Source of the DNA: an uncultured Candidatus Saccharibacteria bacterium
Lineage (GTDB): Bacteria > Patescibacteriota > Saccharimonadia > CAILAD01 > JADZBC01
NCBI GenBank assembly: GCA_964413715.1
Contig: CAYPSN010000001.1
Span: 135,573 to 199,572, forward strand
Reading direction: 5' to 3'
Length of the DNA stretch: 64,000 nucleotides
Both the position numbers and the translations under genes were made by a program. Below, piece after piece: positions 27,324-37,820 of this stretch (position 1 is its first letter; each line of letters begins with the position of its first letter). The notes under the pieces are model-generated. The model did no database searches, was not told the DNA's origin, and saw nothing but the letters and a program-made list of their open reading frames with translations.

Positions 27324-29045
27324 ATGCAGAAGCGACTGAAACAAATTATCTTTGGACTCATGATGGCCGGCCTACTTGGCTTAGCCACTCCAGCAGCACA
27401 AGCAAGCACCCAGGCAACTGCCCAGGTTAGTTTTACCTTCGATGACGGGTTTCGAAGTGCCTACACGATTGCTGCGCCTACGCTGGCCGAATATGGCCTG
27501 GTTGGCACCAGCTACCCAATAACGAGCTGTGTAGGAACGCCAACGCGACAGTGTCCGGTTAAAAACTTTGGCTTTATGAGCTGGGCGCAAATCCAAGCCT
27601 TGCAAAACCAATATGGTTGGGAGGTGGGAAGTCATACGGTAACACATAAGGCTATGACCACACTTACGGCCGCCAAAGTCAGCCAAGAACTCATTAATAG
27701 CAAAAATGCTCTTACAAACCACGGCATAGCCGCCAACGCCTATTGCTCGCCATATGGTGACTACAGCAATAATGTGATTGCAGCTGTTGCTCGTAACTAC
27801 ACCTCGCACCGCGGTTTTGCCGACACTGGCTACAATACGTTTCCATATAATGATTACCTGCTGTACGTTCAGCCAGTACAGGTGGGAGTTTCTGTGGACC
27901 AAGTCAAAAGCTACATTGATTATGCAAAAGCCCACAATATGTGGCTGATTTTGGCCTTCCATGACATTAGCCCAACTCCCAGCCAAGACCCCAATGATTT
28001 TCAGTACAGCTCGGCCGACTTAGAAAGCATTGCTGCCTACACGGCCAGCCAGGGAGTCGCCTCGACCACGATCAGCCGTGGACTAGTGAGTGGCAATAAT
28101 TTACTCACGAACGGAGACTTTACGAGTGGCTTGAGTGCTGGCTGGACTACCGATGCACCCACGCTGATTAAGCCAAATTCCCAAAACAAAGGCAGCTATC
28201 CAGGCGCTACACAGTCCATCGAACTCAATAGCGGCACCACAAATAAGCATCTGTTTTCGCCCAAAGCAGGCATCGAAGCTGGGCAGGCTTACGTATTAAA
28301 GACGTTTTTGAATGTAGTGAGTATCGACAGCGGAGAAGTTGGTTTTTATATCGATGAATATGACGCGACTGGAAACTGGATAAGCGGTCAATATAAGCGC
28401 GGTGAACGGAGTGCATTTGTCGAGAATGTGAATTTTGAATACATTCCTTCCTCAGCCAATGTAGCGCAAGCTCGCTTGCAAATCTTTACCACTGCCAATT
28501 CGGGCATAAAAGCCTACGTTGATAATGTGCAGTGGTTGAGCCAGGGAAGAACCATAACTCCGCCATCGCCACCCGAACCGAAGCCAGAGCCAACCAATCT
28601 GCTACCAAACGGAAATTTCGACAGTGGCCTGAGTCAGGGCTGGTGGACTGACAACCCTACAAATATTTCGACCGTAGTAGCAAACTTAGGTGGCGTAAAT
28701 AATCGCGCTGCTATTGAATTCCGCGCTGGCACGACTAACTCGCACCTATTTTCACCAGCTGTTGCTGTGCAGCCAAGCACAACGTACACAATAAAGAACT
28801 GGCTCCTCGTCGACACGATCTCTAATGGCGCACTGGGTTACTACATTGATGAATATGACGCGGCGGGCAACTGGGTGAGCGGCCAATACAAGGCGAACAT
28901 TTGGCAACTATACAATGGCGAATACGAACTTAGCTATACGCCAACTAGCAGCACTGTGGCCAAGGCTAGCCTACAGATAATTGTGAGTGGCGGAAGTGGT
29001 CTGCACGGCTACGTTGATGACGCACGTTGGTATGTCAGCCAATAG
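27324..29045 (+). CDS. Secreted polysaccharide deacetylase with two CBM-like repeats
   Basis: Signal peptide, TFDDG, GSHTVTH, PYG, LAFH; duplicated NLL.NG.F.SGLS.GW and YIDEYDA.GNW.SGQYK. Confidence 0.9.
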   Translation: MQKRLKQIIFGLMMAGLLGLATPAAQASTQATAQVSFTFDDGFRSAYTIAAPTLAEYGLVGTSYPITSCVGTPTRQCPVKNFGFMSWAQIQALQNQYGWEVGSHTVTHKAMTTLTAAKVSQELINSKNALTNHGIAANAYCSPYGDYSNNVIAAVARNYTSHRGFADTGYNTFPYNDYLLYVQPVQVGVSVDQVKSYIDYAKAHNMWLILAFHDISPTPSQDPNDFQYSSADLESIAAYTASQGVASTTISRGLVSGNNLLTNGDFTSGLSAGWTTDAPTLIKPNSQNKGSYPGATQSIELNSGTTNKHLFSPKAGIEAGQAYVLKTFLNVVSIDSGEVGFYIDEYDATGNWISGQYKRGERSAFVENVNFEYIPSSANVAQARLQIFTTANSGIKAYVDNVQWLSQGRTITPPSPPEPKPEPTNLLPNGNFDSGLSQGWWTDNPTNISTVVANLGGVNNRAAIEFRAGTTNSHLFSPAVAVQPSTTYTIKNWLLVDTISNGALGYYIDEYDAAGNWVSGQYKANIWQLYNGEYELSYTPTSSTVAKASLQIIVSGGSGLHGYVDDARWYVSQ

Positions 29046-29159
29046 CTTGAGATACAAGCATAAGCAGTAATACAATATATTTGCCATAAATCAAGAGCAG
29101 TGTATAATGGGTTGTAGAGGGTGTTTGGCCCTCTTTTTTTAATGCCCAAAGGAGGACGT

Positions 29160-29357
29160 ATGTACGGAGGTATGGGTGGTGGAATGATTGGCGGCGGTGG
29201 AACTGCAGCAGCAGCAACCACAGCAGCAATCGTCCTACCAAACACAGGCGCACCATGGACGCTAGAAGCTCTAGCGGTCGTAAGTGCACTCGTAGGTACA
29301 GCAATCGTTGCAAGCACTGTTGTGCGCGCAATGGCTGGCAAATCCTACACCAAATAA
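29160..29357 (+). CDS. 65-aa LPNTG sortase-substrate peptide
   Basis: GGAGG SD; MYGGMGGG...VLPNTG + TM + basic tail. Confidence 0.8.
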   Translation: MYGGMGGGMIGGGGTAAAATTAAIVLPNTGAPWTLEALAVVSALVGTAIVASTVVRAMAGKSYTK

Positions 29358-29393
29358 TGCTGGGCTGGAGGGTCCTAGTAGGAATTATTACGC

Positions 29394-29984
29394 ATGAAGA
29401 AATCTTCGATTCTCCTCACCATTCTCGGCACCACCCTCATCGTCTTCGGACTCAGCGTATTTGCGTATTCGCGTACGATCGCCCAACAGGGCACGAGCTC
29501 TGTAGAGCAGCCGTCACAAAAAACTGCACAGGCACCACAGAACGCTCAGCGCGTCGAAGCCACCATTTACGATAAACCAAGACTCCTCATTATTCCTCGG
29601 CTCGGCCTAACGCTCCCCGTAATTGACGGCCTATACAACCCAGCTACTAAACAGTGGAACGTCAGCAACGCCGCCGTGCAATACGCCACCATCACGACAC
29701 CTGCCAATAATAATAGTGGCAATACCTTTATATATGGTCACAATTTTCCTGGCCTGCTCAAGCGTTTGCCGGAACTGCAAGCTGGTGATGAGATTATACT
29801 CGTGACTGAAAAGGGCTATTGGTTTACCTACCGTCATACTAGCCGCAAAGAGACCAATCCGCTTGATGACAGTTTGTTTTACTACAGCGGCCCACCAATT
29901 GTCACCATGCAAACGTGTTCTGGCGTATTCGACCAAAACCGCCTGCTCTTAACCTTTGGCCTCGTGAAGGTAGAGAAGTCATGA
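29394..29984 (+). CDS. Sortase
   Basis: N-terminal TM, GNTFIYGH, TMQTC...R. Confidence 0.88.
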   Translation: MKKSSILLTILGTTLIVFGLSVFAYSRTIAQQGTSSVEQPSQKTAQAPQNAQRVEATIYDKPRLLIIPRLGLTLPVIDGLYNPATKQWNVSNAAVQYATITTPANNNSGNTFIYGHNFPGLLKRLPELQAGDEIILVTEKGYWFTYRHTSRKETNPLDDSLFYYSGPPIVTMQTCSGVFDQNRLLLTFGLVKVEKS

Positions 29985-31270
29985 TTCGCACAATTGCCTT
30001 CTATACTTTTATAACGCTAAGCTTTATTAATGTCTTGCACTATGGCGCTTACCTGGTAGGAGCAAACATTTACGACATTCGTGCGCTCAAGACTAAACAT
30101 CGAGCGAGCAAACGCAGACGACACCGCGAAGTCCCACTGGTCAGTGTGTTGGTGCCAGCCCATAACGAAGCCCTCACAGTGCTGCGCTGCCTGGAATCGA
30201 TTCACAAAAACAGCTATCGCAAACTGCAAATTATCGTCATAAACGATGCGTCAACTGATGAAACGGGCACTATAGCACAAGACTTTGCCAAGACTCACCA
30301 AAATAGTCGCAGAGATATTCGCGTCGTAAACAAGCGGCGCAATGTAGGCAAAGCAGCCGCCTTAAATTCCGTATTGCGCCGCGGCTATGTGCAAGGCGAC
30401 TTAGTTATGACGCTCGACGCCGATTCATTCATCGCACCTGACGCAATTGAAAAAGCCGTGAAGTATTTTCACGATCCAAATGTAGCAGGTGTAGCAGCGA
30501 ATGTCAGAATCATGCATCAGTCTTCGATCCTGGGTATTCTCCAGCGCTTCGAACACATGATTGGCTACCGATCAAAGAAATTCTATGACGTATCGAATAG
30601 CGAGTTTGTTGTTGGTGGCGTGGCCTCGACCTTTCGGAGAGAGGCAATGTCGCAAGTTGGCTACTATAATACCAATACTGCCACCGAGGACATTAGCTTG
30701 AGTCTTAAAATAGTCTCTCAGGGCAATAAGGGCTCACGCATCGTTTATGGCGTAGACATTCGGGCTATGACCGAAGGTGTGCAAACCTACAGAGCTCTTT
30801 TGAAACAACGCTACCGCTGGAAGCTGGGTACGCTGCAAAACCTGATCCAGTTCCGCAGCTTAGTGTTTAATCGTGACCGCAAATATTCAAGGATGCTAAC
30901 GTTTTACCGTATGCCGATGGCTTTTTTGAGCGAACTTATGCTACTCGTAGAACCAATCATTGTGCTGTACTTACTAGTACTATCACTGCGTCAGGGCTAC
31001 GTTGGTTTTGTCGCTGGTGCGTATTTGCTTATCTCGCTGATTACCGCCATTACTCTTTGGCAAGACGAGCACTTGCCGCTTAAACAAAAGGTAAGGCTCA
31101 GTGCCTACGTACCGTTCATGTATTTTGCGTACTACATTATGAATACCGTGCAAATTCTTGCCGTAATTCAATGTGTGCTCAAGCCAAAACGACTTTTAGG
31201 TGAAGCCAAAGAAGGCAATATGTGGAAGTCACCGGAGCGACTGGGCAAACACCTCTTAACTAGTTCGTAG
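29981..31270 (+). CDS. Processive GT2 glycosyltransferase
   Basis: PAHNE, DASTD, DAD, TED, QRYRW. Confidence 0.92.
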   Translation: MIRTIAFYTFITLSFINVLHYGAYLVGANIYDIRALKTKHRASKRRRHREVPLVSVLVPAHNEALTVLRCLESIHKNSYRKLQIIVINDASTDETGTIAQDFAKTHQNSRRDIRVVNKRRNVGKAAALNSVLRRGYVQGDLVMTLDADSFIAPDAIEKAVKYFHDPNVAGVAANVRIMHQSSILGILQRFEHMIGYRSKKFYDVSNSEFVVGGVASTFRREAMSQVGYYNTNTATEDISLSLKIVSQGNKGSRIVYGVDIRAMTEGVQTYRALLKQRYRWKLGTLQNLIQFRSLVFNRDRKYSRMLTFYRMPMAFLSELMLLVEPIIVLYLLVLSLRQGYVGFVAGAYLLISLITAITLWQDEHLPLKQKVRLSAYVPFMYFAYYIMNTVQILAVIQCVLKPKRLLGEAKEGNMWKSPERLGKHLLTSS

Positions 31271-31279
31271 AGTGAATCC

Positions 31280-32317
31280 CTAGCTGGCCTTTTTGGGCAA
31301 TTGCACTTCGAGGCCATCGAGTTTGTCGTGCGGCGACTCATCTATGCAGGCCGATAGGGCAGCGAGAATGGCAGATTCATCAGCGTTTTGGCCAATAAAT
31401 ACTAGCCGAGTTTCGGGCGTTTGGTCGTGCCAATTATCCCAAGTAATTTCTGCCCGTGTACCGACGAGTTGGTAGATGTACTTTCGCTCATGCCCCTTTG
31501 TGCCAAGATCCACAAAACCTTTGGCGCGATATATGCTGGTGGGGATCTGTGTGTTTACAAATTCCTGAAATCGCAATGGGTGTAGCGGTTTGTCGCTCGT
31601 GAAACTGAACGTTTGGTAGTGAGAATGGACGTGATCGGCGTGCTCGTGATCATGTTCTTGCAGCTTTCGCGCATCGCGTTGAGAAAATACGTCTTGATCG
31701 AGCAGCAAATGAACTTCAACTTCGCCGCGGGTAGCTTCGAGAATCCTTGCTTTAGGATTAATGCTACGCACTAATGAGCGAATGTCTTTGATTTTAGCTG
31801 CAGGCACCAAATCAACTTTATTAATAACCACAAAATCACAATACTCAATCTGCTCACTGGCCGTACCGTGCTCCTGGGCATTTTTTTCTAAGTTTTCAGC
31901 ATCGAGAACCGTAATAATGCTATCGAGATATACTCGTTGGCCTATTGTCTCTTTGAGCGTCATGGCCAGATCCTTTGGCTCAGCTAAGCCACTAGCTTCG
32001 ATAATTATGTAATCAATGTTTGTGTCAGCATAAGCAAACTGATTAATCGCTTCCTGCAAATCAAGCGTTTCAAGGCTACAGCAAATACAGCCATTGGTGA
32101 GTTCGAGCTTCTTGTCAGTCTTATCAGCAATGAGTTCGGCATCGACATTAATATCGCCATAATCATTTACTACCACGCCAATGTTAAGGCCTTGATTGTG
32201 GGTCAGGAGGTAGTTAAGTAGGGTAGTCTTGCCAGCACCCAAAAAACCAGTTAGTACGGTAATGGGGAGTTTTTTAAAGTTAGGGTCTTTTTGTGGTCCG
32301 CTCTGCGTTGTTGTCAT
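31280..32317 (-). CDS. COG0523/CobW-family metallochaperone GTPase
   Basis: GFLGAGKTT, GCICC, EASG, NKVD, His-rich patch; TATGAT 6 nt before ATG 32317. Confidence 0.92.
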   Translation of the reverse strand: MTTTQSGPQKDPNFKKLPITVLTGFLGAGKTTLLNYLLTHNQGLNIGVVVNDYGDINVDAELIADKTDKKLELTNGCICCSLETLDLQEAINQFAYADTNIDYIIIEASGLAEPKDLAMTLKETIGQRVYLDSIITVLDAENLEKNAQEHGTASEQIEYCDFVVINKVDLVPAAKIKDIRSLVRSINPKARILEATRGEVEVHLLLDQDVFSQRDARKLQEHDHEHADHVHSHYQTFSFTSDKPLHPLRFQEFVNTQIPTSIYRAKGFVDLGTKGHERKYIYQLVGTRAEITWDNWHDQTPETRLVFIGQNADESAILAALSACIDESPHDKLDGLEVQLPKKAS

Positions 32318-32431
32318 AGATCTATCATACCTAAAACCACAGAGTCGTGCTGCAGACGTGATGGATATGCTTGCGGGAAGGCCTAATTGGCACGATAATA
32401 ATGTCGATCCGCCCACAACCCAAGGATAAAC

Positions 32432-32863
32432 ATGGAAAGCTACCAAATCCAAATCGATGTTGATCCAGTGGACGGCATCATGTTGCACCTCAAGATGCCC
32501 ACGGGAATGGCCGAACACAGCGCCCTCGCCGATGAAATCGAGCTGTATAAGGCGCTGTTCGAGATCTCGAGCAGAATCACGAATGAGCTACCAAGAAACC
32601 TTCGGATCCACCCTGCTGTTCGTAGGGCCCAGATCGAAGAACTTGTTGACCAACTGCGAAGAGCATTTATCGCTCGTGCGGGGACAGCAACGAGCTGGTT
32701 CGGAGCTCTCAACGTGCTCGGACCTATGCCGCATGTTCCAGGATTGCTCAAGGATCCAACTGCGGGCTGCAGGGCTCTATCCGTTCTAATCCATGAGCTC
32801 ATGGAACACGGGGCGCAATTCACCGAGAAGAGTGCCACACCACCGTGTATCGATGAAGACTAG
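32432..32863 (+). CDS. Orphan protein (unit with double-hairpin end)
   Basis: AAGGA SD; hairpins 32877-32947 ending TTTTTCGT. Confidence 0.65.
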   Translation: MESYQIQIDVDPVDGIMLHLKMPTGMAEHSALADEIELYKALFEISSRITNELPRNLRIHPAVRRAQIEELVDQLRRAFIARAGTATSWFGALNVLGPMPHVPGLLKDPTAGCRALSVLIHELMEHGAQFTEKSATPPCIDED

Positions 32864-33004
32864 AACCCAAGCGGCAGGGTGGGGTGGCCAAGGAGCTACC
32901 CCGCCCACGCGACCTATGAATTACGATATTCATGGGTCGTTTTTCGTATAAATCACCTATGCGCTTATGCTACAATATAGGTGATTTTATAATTTGAGAT
33001 CTGG

Positions 33005-34714
33005 GTGGCAGAACTAGCGAATTCTTTATCTAAATACGAGCGAGTGGTGAGCTATGGTGCCGCCGGCGTACAGGCCGGTGCATTGCTGGCTATTGTAGTG
33101 GGTACAGCCCTAGGGCTCATTACCGACCACCAGCTGATTATCAGTTTTGTGATAGCACCGCTCTACATTGTAGGCCTAGGCTATGCGTTGCTTGGCCTAA
33201 AGCCAATGACGCAGCGCAAACCAGACTTAGCCTTGCTACTACTCGTAGCACCGCTCGCCATCAGCACTCTTATAATGGCCTACCTCGAGGGCGGCATTGA
33301 ATCTGGCTACTATCTTTTCTGGCTCGTTCTCATTATGACAAGTGGTATATCGGGCATTATGGCGGTGGACACTACCATTAGTGTCGGTATTGCCTACTAT
33401 TTGTTGCTTGCCGGTGTCAGCTTCGCCAGCGGCAAAAACTACGTAGGCGACTGGCCAGAACTCGTGGCGACGCTGCTGGCAATGTCTGTGGCATACGTGA
33501 TCGCCCAGCAGGCCGAGCAGGTAACGCGTAACCGCGAAAAAGCCGAGAATTTAAGCGGCCAACTGGTCGGCGAACAAAGCAAAATCGAGCTAATGATAGA
33601 AGAAATCGCCGATGCGGTAATTGGCGTGAACCAAAGCTGCCAAATTGTGGTGTTTAATCGAGCAGCAGAAGAACTTACCGGCTGGGATCGGGCGAGTGCC
33701 ATGGGGCTTCATTACAACAATGTCTTGGGGCTTCACGACCCGAAAGACCGTGCGATTCAAGATTCTTCTGATCCGTTTTTAAAGGCCTTTGAAGCGAGCG
33801 GCAAAATTAAGCTCGACGACTACTATATACTCGGCAAAAATGATGAAAAAATCATCTTTTCAATTGCGGTAGCGCCCACCAAAGATGCGTCTGGTAACTT
33901 AAGTGGTGCTATCGCGATTTTCCACGACATTAGCGAGCAAAAAGCCCTACAGCGCGAGCGAAACGAGTTTGTATCGACCGCCTCGCACGAAATGCGGACA
34001 CCCGTTGCAGCCATCGAGGGCTATTTGTCGATGGCGAGCAATCCAAGGCTTGCTCAAATTGACGTGCGCGGCAAAGACTATATCGAAAAAGCGCACCAAG
34101 CAGCATTGCACCTGGGCAAGTTGTTCCGCGACCTGCTGAGCGTTACCAAACTAGAAGACCGCACACTCAACGACCACCCAGAGGTTTTTAGCCTTGCTGA
34201 GTTAACCAAACAAACCGTTGAAACGATTAATATGCTTCCAAGAGAAAAGGATGTAGTTTTGAGCTTCCGAGCTGAAAGCAAATTAATGGGCAGCAAAACG
34301 GTACTGCCGCTAGCCAACGTACTGGCCGACAAAGACCGCGTGCAGGAGGCGCTCAATAACCTCATCGATAACGCAATAAAATACACGCCACGTGGCAAAG
34401 TTGAAGTCACACTCGAAGAGGCCGACAGTCACGCTATTGTGCGTGTTGCCGACACGGGCATGGGCATTAGTCCAGAAGACCAGAAGCACTTGTTTGAAAA
34501 GTTCTATCGCGTTAATAATTCGAAGACGCGCGAAATAGGCGGAACCGGGCTCGGCCTATACATAAGCCGCAACCTAATAGAGCACTATGGTGGAAAAGTT
34601 AACGTTAAAAGCTCGCTCGGCAAAGGCAGTATTTTTTCATTTTCACTACCGCTTGCTTCAGAGCGACAAGCCAACTATAATAATGTCAAAGAGAGGGTAA
34701 AAAACAATGGCTAA
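33005..34714 (+). CDS. Membrane PAS sensor histidine kinase
   Basis: 5-6 TM, PAS, SHEMRTP, NAIKYT, DTGMGI, GTGLGL. Confidence 0.95.
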   Translation: MAELANSLSKYERVVSYGAAGVQAGALLAIVVGTALGLITDHQLIISFVIAPLYIVGLGYALLGLKPMTQRKPDLALLLLVAPLAISTLIMAYLEGGIESGYYLFWLVLIMTSGISGIMAVDTTISVGIAYYLLLAGVSFASGKNYVGDWPELVATLLAMSVAYVIAQQAEQVTRNREKAENLSGQLVGEQSKIELMIEEIADAVIGVNQSCQIVVFNRAAEELTGWDRASAMGLHYNNVLGLHDPKDRAIQDSSDPFLKAFEASGKIKLDDYYILGKNDEKIIFSIAVAPTKDASGNLSGAIAIFHDISEQKALQRERNEFVSTASHEMRTPVAAIEGYLSMASNPRLAQIDVRGKDYIEKAHQAALHLGKLFRDLLSVTKLEDRTLNDHPEVFSLAELTKQTVETINMLPREKDVVLSFRAESKLMGSKTVLPLANVLADKDRVQEALNNLIDNAIKYTPRGKVEVTLEEADSHAIVRVADTGMGISPEDQKHLFEKFYRVNNSKTREIGGTGLGLYISRNLIEHYGGKVNVKSSLGKGSIFSFSLPLASERQANYNNVKERVKNNG

Positions 34715-35162
34715 AATTTTGCTAGTAGAAGACGATGTGGCACTGCGCGATGTGTATTCTGCGCGCCTGCAAGCCGAAGGCTATACAATTGTGACTGCCT
34801 CGAACGGCGAGGAAGCACTCGCAGCTGCAGTCAAGGAAATGCCTGACCTCGTATTGCTCGACGTCATGATGCCACGCATCTCTGGTTTTGACGTGCTCGA
34901 CATTTTGCGCTCAACCCCAGAAACGAAAGCCGTCAAGGTAATTATGATGACCGCCCTGAGTTCACCAGAAGATCACGCTCGTGGCGAAAAGCTCGGCGTC
35001 GATAAGTATTTGGTAAAATCCCAAGTTACGCTCGAAGAAGTAGTGGCGAACATTGCCGAGGTAATTTCGCATGGCGGCGGTAATGCAGCTGCGGGCGAGC
35101 CAGTTGTTGGCGGGCCAAGCCAACCAACACCACCTCCTGCAGCCCCACCCGCGGCGCAATAA
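34707..35162 (+). CDS. Single-domain response regulator
   Basis: LVEDD, LLDVMMP, Pro-rich tail. Confidence 0.92.
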   Translation: MAKILLVEDDVALRDVYSARLQAEGYTIVTASNGEEALAAAVKEMPDLVLLDVMMPRISGFDVLDILRSTPETKAVKVIMMTALSSPEDHARGEKLGVDKYLVKSQVTLEEVVANIAEVISHGGGNAAAGEPVVGGPSQPTPPPAAPPAAQ

Positions 35163-35219
35163 TACCTATTCGCAACATAGCCCTGGGCAGCCTAGCTATA
35201 GCTTTGCTATAATAAGATT

Positions 35220-36620
35220 ATGAAAAGAACGCTAATCGACCAGCTTACTCAAGCGGTCGATACACAAGTGAAGATTTTGGGCTGGGTAAGTGTCCGTCGT
35301 GATCACGGAAAACTCATTTTTTTAGACGTGCGCGACAGCACGGCCACCGTTCAAGTGGTGTATCAATTGAGTGACCAAGACAAAGAACTTATTGAAACGC
35401 TGAAGCCTGAATCAGTCGTAGAGATTATCGGCCAAGTCAAACAACGGCCCGAGCGCATGGTGAATCCAGAAATGAAAACCGGCACAATCGAACTTGGTGC
35501 CGAAAAAATTCACGTAATCAATCAAGCTCAAACCCCGCCATTTGAAATTCATGACAAGCACACCGAAGCAGGCGAGGAAGTGCGCATGCAATACCGCTAC
35601 CTCGATTTGCGCAACGAACGCATGCAGCACAACATTCGATTCCGCCATCGCTTTATCAAGGCTTTGCGCGACTACTTGGACGCTCGTGATTTTGTAGAAA
35701 TTGAAACACCAATTCTCACGAAAAGTAGCCCCGAGGGAGCACGAGATTTTATTGTGCCTTCTCGATTGAGCGAGGGTAGTTTTTACGCCCTACCGCAAGC
35801 ACCACAGCAGTTTAAGCAGCTGCTTATGGTGGCAGGTTTTGAACGTTATTACCAAATTGCTCGTTGCTTTAGAGATGAAGACCTGCGCCTGGATCGCCAA
35901 CCCGAATTTACCCAGCTTGATATTGAAATGAGCTTTGTGGACCAGGAAGCAATTTTAACGCTGTGCGAAGACATGTTCCGCGAAGTTATTCGCGAACTAC
36001 TCCCTGAAAAGAAAATCCCTGATAGTTTCCAAAGACTCACCTACGATGAGGCCATGAGCAAACATGGCAGCGATAAGCCTGACCTGCGATCCAACAAGAA
36101 GGATGATGATGAGCTGGCGTTTGCGTGGGTTACTGATTTTCCAATGTTCGAGCGCGACAATACCGGCAAAATTACCTTTGCACACAATCCATTCGCACGA
36201 CCGCGCGATGAAGACCTGCACTTACTTGATAGCGATAACCCCGAAGACCTGCTTAAGGTCCGTGCCTACTGCTATGACTTAGTGCTCAATGGTGTTGAAA
36301 TTTCTTCGGGCAGCTTACGCATTCACGACCCAGCCTTGCAACACAAAATCTTTACACTCATGGGACTGAGCGACGAACAGACCAAAGAGAGATTTGGTGC
36401 TTTTATGAAAGCATTCACCTTTGGCGCGCCACCGCATGGCGGACTCGCTCCGGGACTGGATCGATTGATTATGGTCTTACTTAAGCAAGACTCTATTCGA
36501 GACGTCATTGCTTTTCCAAAAACGGGCGACATGCGCGACTTAATGCTTGGCGCACCAGGAAAAGCAGCATCAGAACACTTGCGCGAGCTTGGTTTGCAAG
36601 TGCGTAAACAAGAGAAATAA
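35220..36620 (+). CDS. aspS: Aspartyl-tRNA synthetase (short form)
   Basis: RDHGKL.F.D.RD, EGARDF, FRDEDLR.DRQPEF.Q.D.E, PPHGG.A.GLDR. Confidence 0.95.
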   Translation: MKRTLIDQLTQAVDTQVKILGWVSVRRDHGKLIFLDVRDSTATVQVVYQLSDQDKELIETLKPESVVEIIGQVKQRPERMVNPEMKTGTIELGAEKIHVINQAQTPPFEIHDKHTEAGEEVRMQYRYLDLRNERMQHNIRFRHRFIKALRDYLDARDFVEIETPILTKSSPEGARDFIVPSRLSEGSFYALPQAPQQFKQLLMVAGFERYYQIARCFRDEDLRLDRQPEFTQLDIEMSFVDQEAILTLCEDMFREVIRELLPEKKIPDSFQRLTYDEAMSKHGSDKPDLRSNKKDDDELAFAWVTDFPMFERDNTGKITFAHNPFARPRDEDLHLLDSDNPEDLLKVRAYCYDLVLNGVEISSGSLRIHDPALQHKIFTLMGLSDEQTKERFGAFMKAFTFGAPPHGGLAPGLDRLIMVLLKQDSIRDVIAFPKTGDMRDLMLGAPGKAASEHLRELGLQVRKQEK

Positions 36621-36636
36621 CGAGGGTCGGGCGGAC

Positions 36637-37338
36637 ATGCAGCAATACACTGTACTTCTGGACAATTTCGAAGGACCGCTGGATCTACTGCTTCAGCTTG
36701 TTGAGCGCAATAAGTTAGATATTCGCGAGGTGGCAGTCAGCCAAGTTACCCAAAGTTACTTAGAGCACCTGCAACACTTTGAAATCGAACAAGAGGAAAT
36801 GGGGCAATTCCTCACTATTGCGTCACAGCTATTGCTGACTAAAAGCAAACGAATACTGCCAAACCAAACGGCCGATAATGCAGGCGAAGAGCCGGCCCAA
36901 GATGTTATTGCCAGGCTACAGACTTACCAACAGTTCCGCGAACGAGCAGAGGCATTGCGCCAGAAATTCAACTCACCGTTCATATCTCGGCCCGAGCCAC
37001 AACTAGGAATCTCGGCAAAAGTTCGCCGGGGTATCAACCTAAAGCCCCAGGAACTGCAAAGAACTTGGGAACAGCTCAACAAACTCCGTAAGGCTGTGGC
37101 AACTGTTCATACAGTGCAGACAAAACCGCTGAGCCAGAGCGAGGTAATAGCATGTGTTCTTACCAGACTCACTGAGCAGAGCGAGTTAACGCTCGATACG
37201 CTCATCAGGAACGCCGGCAGCCAGCATGAGGCAATATTATGCTTTTTGGCTATTTTAGAACTCGGTCGTCAGAACAAGGCTCGTATTGTACTCGTAGATA
37301 ATGAAACCGTTTTGATTCAGCCTGGAGTGATGGTGTGA
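36637..37338 (+). CDS. scpA: Segregation/condensation protein A
   Basis: FEGPLDLLL.L, FLAILEL. Confidence 0.9.
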   Translation: MQQYTVLLDNFEGPLDLLLQLVERNKLDIREVAVSQVTQSYLEHLQHFEIEQEEMGQFLTIASQLLLTKSKRILPNQTADNAGEEPAQDVIARLQTYQQFRERAEALRQKFNSPFISRPEPQLGISAKVRRGINLKPQELQRTWEQLNKLRKAVATVHTVQTKPLSQSEVIACVLTRLTEQSELTLDTLIRNAGSQHEAILCFLAILELGRQNKARIVLVDNETVLIQPGVMV

Positions 37339-37820
37339 ATCGCCAGGTCGCCAAATTGCATGCCTTACTATTTGCCCAGCCGGGCGGCGTAAGCCTGCAG
37401 GACGTAATGGAGTTCTGCCAAACAGGCCAACAAGCTACCTTGGCCCTCCTAGCTCGCTTAGAGCAGTGGCTAAAAGGTAGTGGTGTGAGCTTATTTGAGC
37501 ACAAGGGGGTCTATGCCTTAGTTGTCGATCAAGAAGTCTCCGCTGCTATTGAAGAATTTTCACCTTCACAAAAACTTGATCTGACCCAGCCCATGCTGGA
37601 GGTACTAACCATTGTCGCTCACAGCCAACCCTGCACGAAACAAAGCATCGACGAGATTCGTGGGGTTAACAGCGAGCAAACCATTCGCAATTTACTACAG
37701 CTCGGATTGATTGAGGAATCAGTAGACCCAGCTGACCCTCTGGCGCTTACTCAACTAATTACTACCAGAGACTTTCTCATGCATGCAGGCCTCAAAAACA
37801 TTGAGGAGCTCACGTCATGA
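37335..37820 (+). CDS. scpB: Segregation/condensation protein B
   Basis: LEVL.IVA..QP.T...ID.IRGVNS, TT..F. Confidence 0.9.
   Translation: MNRQVAKLHALLFAQPGGVSLQDVMEFCQTGQQATLALLARLEQWLKGSGVSLFEHKGVYALVVDQEVSAAIEEFSPSQKLDLTQPMLEVLTIVAHSQPCTKQSIDEIRGVNSEQTIRNLLQLGLIEESVDPADPLALTQLITTRDFLMHAGLKNIEELTS

Noticed and set aside
35220-36620. aspS as a truncated pseudogene
   Set aside because: All class II motifs are intact; the short length reflects absence of the insertion (GAD) domain.
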